Shown here piece by piece: positions 1 through 7,136 of a stretch of DNA of 11,713 bases. Every line of letters begins with the position of its first letter. Within the stretch, counting starts at the first letter, position 1. This DNA is from Gemmatimonadota bacterium. GTDB lineage: Bacteria > Gemmatimonadota > Gemmatimonadetes > Gemmatimonadales > GWC2-71-9. Location: contig JAZDCZ010000395.1 of assembly GCA_036679605.1 (NCBI GenBank), positions 1 through 11,713 on the forward strand. Direction: 5' to 3'. The notes under the pieces are model-generated. The model was not told the DNA's origin, ran no database searches, and worked only from the letters and a program-made list of their open reading frames with translations. A program made the position numbers and the translations under genes.

Positions 1-211
1 GCCTCGGCGCAGACCACCGCCGTGTCCACAGATACGAGATGACCACGCTGAGTGCCAACGCAACGACTTCCCAACCACACGGATTACCAACGCGATATCC
101 CGGAACGTAAGGATGCAAGTAGGGATTTACTACCAGCAGCGCGAAGGCTACCCAGATCGAGAAGACGACCAGGGTTACCGTTACGAAGCCGATGCTTTTG
201 CCGATATTCAT
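1..211 (-). CDS. Small membrane protein, partial (runs off the window start)
   Basis: Not in the ORF track. Translated by hand from ATG at 211 (GGAG just upstream): MNIGKSIGFVTVTLVVFSIWVAFALLVVNPYLHPYVPGYRVGNPCGWEVVALALSVVISYLWTRRWSAPR, with two hydrophobic segments and no stop before base 1. Confidence 0.65.
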   Translation of the reverse strand, partial: MNIGKSIGFVTVTLVVFSIWVAFALLVVNPYLHPYVPGYRVGNPCGWEVVALALSVVISYLWTRRWSAPR

Positions 212-238
212 TTATCTCCGCACGGTGCAGTTGCGGTA

Positions 239-916
239 TTATGGTGCAGCATCGACGACAGCGCGCTTCTTACCCACCGCAGTCATGAGGCCCCAGAGCC
301 AATTGATCTTGTAGCGATCAACTCGCACAGCAGCAAAACCAGCTTGCTCGAGCAGATGACGGCACTGCTTCTCGCCATAGGTCCGGAAGTGCGCCCGGTT
401 GAAGAGCCGGAGCCAGAGGTCGCAGATCCGACAGGCGATATAATCATCGCACCAATCCGTGACCACGAGACGTCCGTTCGGGCGTAACACACGGGCCATC
501 TCTTGAAGCGCTCCCAATGGGTCGCGAAAATAATGGAAAGCGCTCGAGGAGACCACCACATCGAACGACGCGTCGGAAAAGGGTAAGCTCTCTGCGTAGC
601 TCTGCTCCAGAAGAACCGTTTCGTCGAGTCTCTTGCGTGCCATTCGCAGCATCTCGCGTGACGGATCAGCCCCCGCCAGCTTAGCGTTGGGCACAGAGAC
701 CGAGAGCGTTTCGAGGAGCATTCCCGTTCCGCACCCTACGTCGAGAAGACTTTCCCCGGTGTGGAGTTCGAGTCGGCTCAGCGTCTCGCGTAACGTCGCT
801 TCGATATAAAACGACCAGCGTCGATCGTAGTCAGGCGCAAGTTTGTCGTATTCCTCGAGTACAGAACTTGTGCCACGGACCCCGCCTAGAGTGTTTGCTG
901 GCGGATCGCCTACCAT
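239..916 (-). CDS. Class I SAM-dependent methyltransferase (Methyltransf_11/UbiE-like)
   Basis: Motif I LLDVGCGTG, AESLPFSDASFDVVVS and LQEMARVLRPNGRLVV. Start codon uncertain; the ATG at 916 overlaps the upstream gene's end. Confidence 0.9.
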   Translation of the reverse strand: MVGDPPANTLGGVRGTSSVLEEYDKLAPDYDRRWSFYIEATLRETLSRLELHTGESLLDVGCGTGMLLETLSVSVPNAKLAGADPSREMLRMARKRLDETVLLEQSYAESLPFSDASFDVVVSSSAFHYFRDPLGALQEMARVLRPNGRLVVTDWCDDYIACRICDLWLRLFNRAHFRTYGEKQCRHLLEQAGFAAVRVDRYKINWLWGLMTAVGKKRAVVDAAP

Positions 917-1644
917 TTCACGGTCGACCGTTCCCAGTTCACATGAAGGAAACCGCCCTGTGCCGGCAATCTGTTGGCAGGATTCAGGAACAGGTGGATC
1001 TCCTCAATCGGCTGGGCCGTCACATCGTAACTCCCATATCGCCCGTCCTCCGGGGATCGAGCGCGACTCGTGACCATGATGTGCAGCAACGCATCGCTCT
1101 TGACAACCACACCGTCCTTGTAGACATCGGCGAAACCCCACATCGTGAGGGCCGCCTTCATCTTCGGCATCAGGGGATTCTCTCTGCCCGTATCTCCATG
1201 GACGATCTCATCGATACCGACCCCTGCGAAAAGCTTCGGTGACCCGTCCTCGAGTCGCGGTGCGACCCGGGTCTGAACTACCTTCCACTGCGCACCGTCC
1301 TCGGTTACAAACTCGGCCTCGACCGAGGCGCTATCCCTGGTGTATGGAGCCTCAGGAAGCAGCTTTTCGGTGCGGTCGGTGGCTTCGACATGAATTGTCC
1401 CGGAGATACGCGCAACCCGATTCCCGAATGGGGTCGGATCGGGTGGAAGATTACCCCGCATCGGTGCTGGCACTCGGTCGCGGAACACGGCCGCAGCAGG
1501 GAGGATCTGAAAGACAGCTCCAGCTCCAGTCGCGACCAAGTGGCTTACTGGCCCGGAGCGGACCGCTTGGTTCGTCTGACACCCCGCCAAAGCGAACGCC
1601 AGTAGAAAAGTAAAGCTCGCAACGATAGAAGTCGGCTTTCTCAT
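910..1644 (-). CDS. Putative lipoprotein of unknown function (244 aa)
   Basis: ATG at 1644 overlaps the TGA of the upstream gene (TGATG) with GGGAG upstream. N-terminus MRKPTSIVASFTFLLAFALAGC has a basic start, a hydrophobic core and the lipobox LAGC. Confidence 0.75.
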   Translation of the reverse strand: MRKPTSIVASFTFLLAFALAGCQTNQAVRSGPVSHLVATGAGAVFQILPAAAVFRDRVPAPMRGNLPPDPTPFGNRVARISGTIHVEATDRTEKLLPEAPYTRDSASVEAEFVTEDGAQWKVVQTRVAPRLEDGSPKLFAGVGIDEIVHGDTGRENPLMPKMKAALTMWGFADVYKDGVVVKSDALLHIMVTSRARSPEDGRYGSYDVTAQPIEEIHLFLNPANRLPAQGGFLHVNWERSTVKW

Positions 1645-2186
1645 CAATACACTCCCAGCCTGGGAAGCCAACGAGGTACCTTTAGACAGTACTCTACGTA
1701 GCTTTGACCGAAGCGCTTGCGAAGCTCGGGTTCCTCGATGTGGACGACCATCACGTGGGCCGCAACGCTAATCGCAATGGCGTAGAACACGACACCTGAG
1801 CTCGCAAGGTAGATCGCTTCGGCCCAGATTACGGCGAGCTCGGCAGTCATGATGGGGTTCCGCATCTGGCCGAACAGGCCCGTGGTAACCAGATTGCGCG
1901 GAGCGTCGGCCGGAAGCGGCGTACCTCGGCCTTGCCGGCTGAAGATGTCGAGACAAGCAATCCAGGCAGTGATACCCACGAGCGCCAGTACGCCAGCTAT
2001 CCAGGTTCGGAGGCCCGGGGGAAAAGGAAGCTCCATCGCAAGCAGGCGATGGGCCAGCCAAGGCAGTGCAACCATGAAGATACAAAAGAACAGTACTGCA
2101 TTGAGCAGAGACTTCGCCCAGAGGACCACGATGCTACGCGTCGTGCTCGGCCGAATCACACGCTGCAGGGTTTCACGCACCGTCAT
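1644..2186 (-). CDS. Isoprenylcysteine carboxylmethyltransferase (ICMT/PEMT/STE14) family membrane protein
   Basis: GRGTPLP...LVTTGLFGQMRNPIM and EEPELRKRFGQSYVEYCLKVPRWLP motifs; several transmembrane segments. Confidence 0.88.
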   Translation of the reverse strand: MTVRETLQRVIRPSTTRSIVVLWAKSLLNAVLFFCIFMVALPWLAHRLLAMELPFPPGLRTWIAGVLALVGITAWIACLDIFSRQGRGTPLPADAPRNLVTTGLFGQMRNPIMTAELAVIWAEAIYLASSGVVFYAIAISVAAHVMVVHIEEPELRKRFGQSYVEYCLKVPRWLPRLGVY

Positions 2187-2452
2187 GATTCACCCTTGGT
2201 TGGAAAAACCCGCTCCATTACCTTCACGACATACACGATTAGTTCTTTATCTTCGATTCCGTAAACAATTCGAAACGAACCTTGACGAATTCGATAACGG
2301 TCATGCCCAGAGAGTTTCTTCGTTCCTGGAGGGCGGGGATCGCCGGCCAAAAGGCCTATACGGCGAATGATACGCTGACGATCCTTCTTGCGCGGGATTG
2401 CCTCAAGCTCTTTTACCGCCGAGGGTTTGATCGATACCCTATATTTTTCCAC
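2183..2452 (-). CDS. relE: RelE/ParE family type II toxin with an aberrant C-terminus
   Basis: YRVSIKPSAVKEL...DPRPPGTKKLSGHDRYRIRQGSFRIVYGIEDKELIVYVVKV is RelE-like. The usual GHRxxVY tail is replaced by MERVFPTKGES. Overlaps the antitoxin stop. Confidence 0.88.
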   Translation of the reverse strand: MEKYRVSIKPSAVKELEAIPRKKDRQRIIRRIGLLAGDPRPPGTKKLSGHDRYRIRQGSFRIVYGIEDKELIVYVVKVMERVFPTKGES

Positions 2453-2672
2453 GCCGCTTTAAATCTTTCACAACGGCTTCGTACGGAAGGTTTGGTTCGT
2501 TTACACGATTCTCGAACGCGGCTAGATCTTCAGCATCTTCTGCAAGACTGAGTTGCACAGCCTCGTTGACCAAATCCGACATCGACCTTTCGGTTTCAGC
2601 CGCTTTCAACCGAAGGGCGCGATGGATCGCCGCATCAAAATACACCGTCGCTCGCTTGGGATCACTGCTCAT
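2439..2672 (-). CDS. CopG/ribbon-helix-helix antitoxin
   Basis: KRATVYFDAAIHRALRLKAAETERSMSDLVNEAV is an RHH pattern; acidic C-terminal half; lies directly upstream of and overlaps the toxin. Confidence 0.88.
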   Translation of the reverse strand: MSSDPKRATVYFDAAIHRALRLKAAETERSMSDLVNEAVQLSLAEDAEDLAAFENRVNEPNLPYEAVVKDLKRRGKI

Positions 2673-2679
2673 GACCTCA

Positions 2680-2708
2680 AGTATGACGTTATGTCATCGT
2701 AACGTCAA
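2680..2708 (-). promoter_or_regulatory. Sigma70-type promoter of the TA operon with an overlapping inverted-repeat operator
   Basis: Minus strand reads TTGACG-N17-CATACT, 7 nt before the antitoxin ATG. Inverted repeat TGACGTTA-N8-TAACGTCA at 2684-2707. Confidence 0.75.
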
Positions 2709-2760
2709 GACGCTTCTATGGTGGCCCTCTAATGCCCTGTTGGCCGGCCCTTGGACTCAT

Positions 2761-3366
2761 TCACGCTTCGAGAAATGCCACTCTCCAGCGCTTGCGTGGA
2801 TCCTCGAACTTCACCTTATTCGGATCGAAGCGCGCCGGATCGAACGATCCGCCTACCCAAGTGAGCATGCTCTCATGCTCGTCATCAGTCGGATCGCTGA
2901 GTACTCGGAGAAGATCAGCGTAGCCTGGAGGGCCGCCACAATCTTCCGGCGGACACGCACCCACGCCGTCCAGGCAGCGCGGGTATCGCCCGGTACCCTC
3001 CCGAGGACTTATAGCCTCCCAGATCACCTCATGCACCCAACCATCACCGAAATCGTACTCGTAGTCGGACCCGCTGTTCTCGGGTGAGAAGTAATCCACG
3101 ATCGAGACCTCCCAGCCGGGCAACGTCGGTATCTCATTCGGGAAATCCTCATCAGGAATTCCAATGGTCTCACTGGTTCCTGTCGCCGGGTTCACGATCC
3201 TGAAGGCATGAAGATGGTAGTCGAGCCAACCCATAGCATCCTGAATCGCTACGTGCAGGTCCCAGAAGCTACACGTCGACGGCACTTGAATCCGACGCCA
3301 GATCGGCGGGGTCACATCCTTGAGTTCCACGCGAAACTGAAAAACCTTGTCGAACTTCCTCACCAT
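2761..3366 (-). CDS. Plasmid pRiA4b ORF-3 family protein
   Basis: PPIWRRIQVP, LHVAIQDAMGWLDYHLHAF, YEYDFGDGWVHEV and ACPPEDCGGPPGY motifs; RBS GGAGG. Confidence 0.92.
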   Translation of the reverse strand: MVRKFDKVFQFRVELKDVTPPIWRRIQVPSTCSFWDLHVAIQDAMGWLDYHLHAFRIVNPATGTSETIGIPDEDFPNEIPTLPGWEVSIVDYFSPENSGSDYEYDFGDGWVHEVIWEAISPREGTGRYPRCLDGVGACPPEDCGGPPGYADLLRVLSDPTDDEHESMLTWVGGSFDPARFDPNKVKFEDPRKRWRVAFLEA

Positions 3367-3399
3367 GAATTCCTCCCTCGGTTACCGGCCCGACTGCCC

Positions 3400-3858
3400 T
3401 TAGCTACGCTGGGGGGTTTGTTCGCAGTGCCGCTTGATAGCGACCAACGACGTGTGAACCGTCGAACGTGCAAGCGGCCGGCCCACGACGCGCTCGAGTA
3501 GACCGCCGAGGATCGGAAAGGTGCTCGCGAGCGACAACGCAGCGGTGAGCTTGGTAGCAGACGAGCCCTCAGAAGAAAGCGTATAGGTCTCATCGAATTC
3601 GAAGGGGCCCAATCTAATCGCCGAGCGTAGGATCGACGGCGGCTCGACCTGGATGGGGCGGTCATGGAGAACAAGCCGCAGCGGGCCGAGCCGATAACGC
3701 CAACGTACGTATTGCCCCGCGCGAGGATAGTCGCGCGGGGCATCGAGCGGCTCAACGACACCGGCGTCCCAACATACCACCTCGCTCGGGATGGCGAGCG
3801 CCCGCCAGACCCGCGCTAGTTCCGCTGCGATCTCGACGGACTCGGCGAACTCGATCAC
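3400..3858 (-). CDS. SRPBCC/polyketide cyclase (START fold) family protein
   Basis: From GTG at 3858: IEFAESVEIAAELARVWRAL...W... ending in the helix SLVAIKRHCE, typical of SRPBCC proteins. The start is inferred; the ORF track extends it to 3897. Confidence 0.75.
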   Translation of the reverse strand: MIEFAESVEIAAELARVWRALAIPSEVVCWDAGVVEPLDAPRDYPRAGQYVRWRYRLGPLRLVLHDRPIQVEPPSILRSAIRLGPFEFDETYTLSSEGSSATKLTAALSLASTFPILGGLLERVVGRPLARSTVHTSLVAIKRHCEQTPQRS

Positions 3859-4022
3859 AACGGCGCCCGTTATGAGCGATAGCCACCTGCGACGCAAATA
3901 AGGATCTCGTGGACAGGCCTACTCCTTCCCCGCCGGGCCCGCGCTCGTAGCCGAATCCGGGGCTCTACTATCGTTCGCGTCACAAATCCTCTAGACCGTA
4001 CGGGCCGCCACAGGTTCGACTA

Positions 4023-4354
4023 ATGAATTCGATAAACGATCTTGAGGCCAACAAGACGTTGGGTCGCCGCCTCTTCGAAGACGTCATCGACGGCGGAACC
4101 TGGCCAACCAACTGCTGCGACCGGACTACATCCAACACAACCCCTCCGCCGGTCAAGGAATCAAAGGGTTCAAGGCGTATTTCGCCGGTCTAGAACGAAC
4201 AAGACAACGCTTGCGCGTGACTTCGGCAATGACGATTCAACACATGCTGGCCGAGTCGGATCACGTTTTCGTCTACAGCGAGACGCACCCCGAGTCTCAC
4301 TCATCGCGGTGGCGTCCAAGAAGACGAGGCGGTTTTCCCGGCCCACCGCAATGA
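4023..4354 (+). pseudogene. SnoaL-like/NTF2-family (ester cyclase) pseudogene, frameshifted and C-terminally truncated
   Basis: Hand translation: MNSINDLEANKTLGRRLFEDVIDGG, frameshift near 4097, then LANQLLRPDYIQHNPSAGQGIKGFKAYFAGL...HMLAESDHVFVY. Family resemblance fades after about 4290. Confidence 0.7.
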
Positions 4355-4362
4355 CTTCTTAG

Positions 4363-4435
4363 GCCGAACCGGCGATAAGCTGCCGACGACAGCGCTGATC
4401 CGCCCCGATTAAGTCCTAACTTCTACAGTTCAGGC
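4363..4435 (-). other. Degenerate attC relic (L'-R' half recognisable)
   Basis: Minus strand GCAGCTTATCGCCG-GTTCGGC resembles the end of attC 8343-8404 (GCCGCTTATCGCCGATAC-GTTAGAC). It starts just after the GFA stop, but the other arm is not complementary. Confidence 0.4.
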
Positions 4436-4437
4436 CT

Positions 4438-4911
4438 CTACCGCCTGAAGCCGGTGCCCGCCGGCTCATCGCATTGCTTGCCGGAACCACCGAGTGGCGC
4501 CGGCAAGTCGTCGAACTTCGGAAGCCCATCGGCCATATGCAGGACGCCTTCACCATAGAAGCAGCGGAAGGTCGGCTCGAACATCAGTCCCGAAGAATCA
4601 AGGGTCATCGCGTAGACAACTGTCATCCCGATCTTCGGCTTGCGGTTGAGAACGGCGCCACCGCAGCGCTTGCAGGATGAGCGGCCGCTCGGTCCATCGG
4701 CACCCTGTTTGTTGAACCCTAAGAGATGGTCCTGCCCAGCCGTAACCTTGACCATCGCGTCAGGCCATACCGCCCACGCGTTGACGGGCGCACTATGCCA
4801 CTTGCGACAGGACTCGCAATGACAGATGCCGACGGCAGCAGGTTGCCCCTTCACCTCAACCTCAACCGCGCCGCAAAAGCATCCACCCTTGTACGTTTGA
4901 GTCTCCGCCAT
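4438..4911 (-). CDS. GFA (glutathione-dependent formaldehyde-activating)/CENP-V family protein
   Basis: Own RBS GGAGGA and ATG at 4911. GGCFCGAV, ICHCESCRKW and CKRCG zinc motifs. Confidence 0.9.
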   Translation of the reverse strand: MAETQTYKGGCFCGAVEVEVKGQPAAVGICHCESCRKWHSAPVNAWAVWPDAMVKVTAGQDHLLGFNKQGADGPSGRSSCKRCGGAVLNRKPKIGMTVVYAMTLDSSGLMFEPTFRCFYGEGVLHMADGLPKFDDLPAPLGGSGKQCDEPAGTGFRR

Positions 4912-5073
4912 GATAGTTCCTCCGTCAGGATGAGGTAACACCGCACCCTGGCACATGCTATCGACTGTCGATCGCGGGCTCGTCGTGATCGGGAGCGAAG
5001 CCATGACGGCCTCACTCCGTTTGGGTGACGGCGTCGCCAGACGCGCGAAAGCGATCCGGCTGGAGGTTCCACA

Positions 5074-5697
5074 GAAGCCGAAGTCCGCTTCGGTGGGTCG
5101 TTCCCCGAGAACATAGGAACGGCAAGCAAAGACCGACTCCAGCGTGGAGAGTGTTTCCAGGTAGCAAGCTTCCACCACTGCCCGTGTACGAGCGTTAACC
5201 CCGTCACCCTCGACGAAGGTCCGAAACTGCCTGCGGCGCCAGTACCGTCGCTTCAACCATTGCGGGAGACGGCTTTCGCCGAGGTGCTCTGCCAGCCACG
5301 CGCTCATCAAGCGGGCGGTCTCGGGGAACGACCAGCGGTAGTGCATCGCCGGGCGCCACAGCCACTCGTCAGCGTAGTCTTCGATCATCCGGCTGATGAA
5401 TGCGACCGCCGGCTCCGCTGGTGTGACTCTCGGGTCAGGATTCACTTGTTCAAAGTGCTCCATGATCAGCGTCGAATCGACGAGCCAACTGCCGTCGGGG
5501 CACTCGACCTGGGGAATTTGGACTACTCCTGTATGGGCAATACAGCGGCGCATAACCGAATCCGAGAACGGCACTAGATGATAGGCAAGGCCCTTGGCTC
5601 GCAAGTACGCTTCGAGCTTGCCGGTGTAATAGGACGCCGTAGTCCCGTAAACTACCAGCGGTGCGTCGGAACTGATTCGACGTGAACTCACACTCAT
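5074..5697 (-). pseudogene. Glutathione S-transferase family protein, C-terminally truncated and reading in frame into the GFA gene
   Basis: SYYTGKLEAYLR, QIPQV, DSTLIMEHFE, IEDYADEWLWRPAMHYRW, YVLGERPTEADFGF, then non-GST-like sequence. ATG at 5697 lies 22 nt past an attC R' box. Confidence 0.75.
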
Positions 5698-5718
5698 ACG
5701 AGGGAACGACTGCGCGCC

Positions 5719-5808
5719 GCCCAACGGAACGCGTATGAGTGGCCGGCGCAAGACATCCCGCACATCTCATCGACGATCACGCCGGTCCACTCCATACGCA
5801 TGTTAGGC
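5719..5808 (-). other. attC site (90 bp)
   Basis: Plus strand GCCCAAC...GTTAGGC. Inner arms GCGTATGAGTGG-CCGGCG pair with CGCCGG-T-CCACTCCATACGC leaving bulged bases. Begins 3 nt after a stop codon. Confidence 0.9.
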
Positions 5809-5811
5809 TTG

Positions 5812-6435
5812 TCAGAACGTCTCGTTATTCTTAAGCCATTCTCCGACAACGGTGGCGTAGTCATTGAAGATCATTTCGGAGGGCTCAAGGTTCAGGCTGC
5901 GACAAATGGAAGGAAGCTTCTCCCTAAACTTCTCATAACGTCTCCAGATATGTACGCCACCAGGTACCGCTCCCTCTCGTTGATGGCCACGAAGCCACTC
6001 CCTGACGACGCGAATCGCGATTCTTGGGTCGTTGTTGTGCGCGGCGATGTCCTGTCCAGAGATATCAGACAGGAATTGCTGATAGCGATACCGATCTCGG
6101 TCGACGACTAGGCACGCCCGATTCATCTTTCGCGCCAATCCGAGAAAGAGGCCGAGTTCGAATGGCATATTGAAGCGCGGGAGCCCGGTCGCTCGGTTAA
6201 GTCCTGTTCGCAAGATGTCGTGATACCCAAATCTGCATTCGTCAATTATTCGGACGATCTTCTCGAAGCGAACTTCGGCCGTATTCGTGATTTCTAAGGC
6301 AGATCGAGGAACGAAACCGCAGTCGAAGACGGCGAACACCACGGCGTTGAAAATCCGCCTGTATGCTCGATCGAACGGGCAGTTTATAAAGACATTCTGC
6401 GCGTATTCTGCGGCGCCCACTAGAGATTGGGGCAA
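5812..6435 (-). CDS. TIR/nucleoside 2-deoxyribosyltransferase-like hypothetical protein (copy 1)
   Basis: NVFINCPFD first strand, RFEKIVRIIDECRFGYHDI, and RFNMPFELGLFLG resembling the NxxxELG catalytic-Glu helix of TIR/NDT folds. TTG start directly follows the upstream TAG; exact start uncertain. Confidence 0.75.
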   Translation of the reverse strand: MPQSLVGAAEYAQNVFINCPFDRAYRRIFNAVVFAVFDCGFVPRSALEITNTAEVRFEKIVRIIDECRFGYHDILRTGLNRATGLPRFNMPFELGLFLGLARKMNRACLVVDRDRYRYQQFLSDISGQDIAAHNNDPRIAIRVVREWLRGHQREGAVPGGVHIWRRYEKFREKLPSICRSLNLEPSEMIFNDYATVVGEWLKNNETF

Positions 6436-6741
6436 CTAACGCTTGCGGAGAACTTTCCGCACCGTGCGGCGAGACACCGTTCCGGCCTTCTTGGACGACT
6501 TGATGGTTCGTTGAGAGAGAGCGCTGCCGGCGGCGGACTTAGAGGCCTTGCTAGTACGACCGTCGCAAAGCACCTGCGATGATGCGCTAGCGGCCTTCCC
6601 CGAGGTTACCTTGTTTGGCGCCTTGCGCTGGGATAGCGCACTGCCTCCCGCCGTCTTAGATTTCGCACCGGCAGACTTTCTGCTCAGTGTCTTCGAGGCG
6701 GCCGTAGCGGCTCGCTTTCTTGTGACGCGTTGTTTCGCCAT
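6436..6741 (-). CDS. Small highly basic protein with two 39-aa repeats ending GSALSQ (101 aa)
   Basis: RBS GGAGGT before ATG at 6741. By hand count 28 K/R, one D, no E and no aromatic residues. The ORF-track extension to 6831 runs through an attC. Confidence 0.82.
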   Translation of the reverse strand: MAKQRVTRKRAATAASKTLSRKSAGAKSKTAGGSALSQRKAPNKVTSGKAASASSQVLCDGRTSKASKSAAGSALSQRTIKSSKKAGTVSRRTVRKVLRKR

Positions 6742-6763
6742 TCTTTGGCACCTCCAAGTTAGG

Positions 6764-6793
6764 ATTCTACCGCGAACACTGCGCGCGGCCGAA
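6764..6793 (-). promoter_or_regulatory. Putative cassette-internal promoter for the basic protein/NDT-like pair
   Basis: Minus strand TTCGGC-N18-TAGAAT upstream of the RBS; the weak -35 is the attC R' box. Confidence 0.4.
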
Positions 6794-6873
6794 CGGATCG
6801 CGAACGAACGGCCCACCTGCCGCTGGAACATATCAGAGATGTCATGCCGACCCGCTCCAGTCGCTTGTTAGGC
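6788..6873 (-). other. attC site (86 bp)
   Basis: Plus strand GCCGAAC...GTTAGGC with imperfect inner arms GCGAACGAACGG / CCGCTCCAGTCGC; intergenic between two cassettes. Confidence 0.75.
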
Positions 6874-6892
6874 CGCCCCATCGGCGTAGAAT
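6865..6892 (+). promoter_or_regulatory. Putative promoter of the inverted TA cassette
   Basis: TTGTTA-N16-TAGAAT, followed by ATGs at 6897 and 6900 with no Shine-Dalgarno sequence. Confidence 0.5.
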
Positions 6893-6896
6893 TAAC

Positions 6897-7136
6897 ATGA
6901 TGACACACGTGGCAAAAACAGTGCTGGCCGAGGCACTAGAAATCGACGACAACGAACGCGCCGAGTTGGCGACAGAGTTGATCGCCAGCCTGGACGGGGA
7001 ACCCGATGAAGGCGCTGAAGCTGCGTGGGCAACCGAGATTGAACGCCGTATGGCCGATATCGACGATGGCACTGCGACCCTGACATCTTGGGCGAACGTT
7101 GAGCGCCGCATCAAAGAAGAGATTTCGAAAAAGTGA
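6897..7136 (+). CDS. Addiction module antitoxin (TIGR02574/Unstab_antitox-like)
   Basis: VLAEALEI...ERAELATELIASLD...EAAWATEIERRMADIDDG; acidic; its stop overlaps the toxin start (GTGA). Confidence 0.88.
   Translation: MMTHVAKTVLAEALEIDDNERAELATELIASLDGEPDEGAEAAWATEIERRMADIDDGTATLTSWANVERRIKEEISKK

Noticed and set aside
52..3501. Plus-strand ORFs such as 113-487, 1849-2370 and 2566-3087
   Set aside because: Antisense shadows of well-supported minus-strand genes in GC-rich DNA, with no recognisable motifs.
4042..4362. 106-aa plus-strand ORF
   Set aside because: Wrong frame; the SnoaL-like signal lies in the other two plus frames.
4414..4434. TCCTAAC-N7-GTTCAGG as an attI site
   Set aside because: Short degenerate match with no adjacent integrase; cannot be told from chance or attC debris.
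5698..5763. N-terminal extension of the 441-aa ORF (likewise 6742-6831 and 11006-11062)
   Set aside because: These extensions run through attC sites; better starts lie downstream of each R' box.
5800..6111. Duplicated plus-strand ORF (also 11068-11403)
   Set aside because: Antisense to the TIR/NDT-like gene; its conservation merely reflects the duplication.
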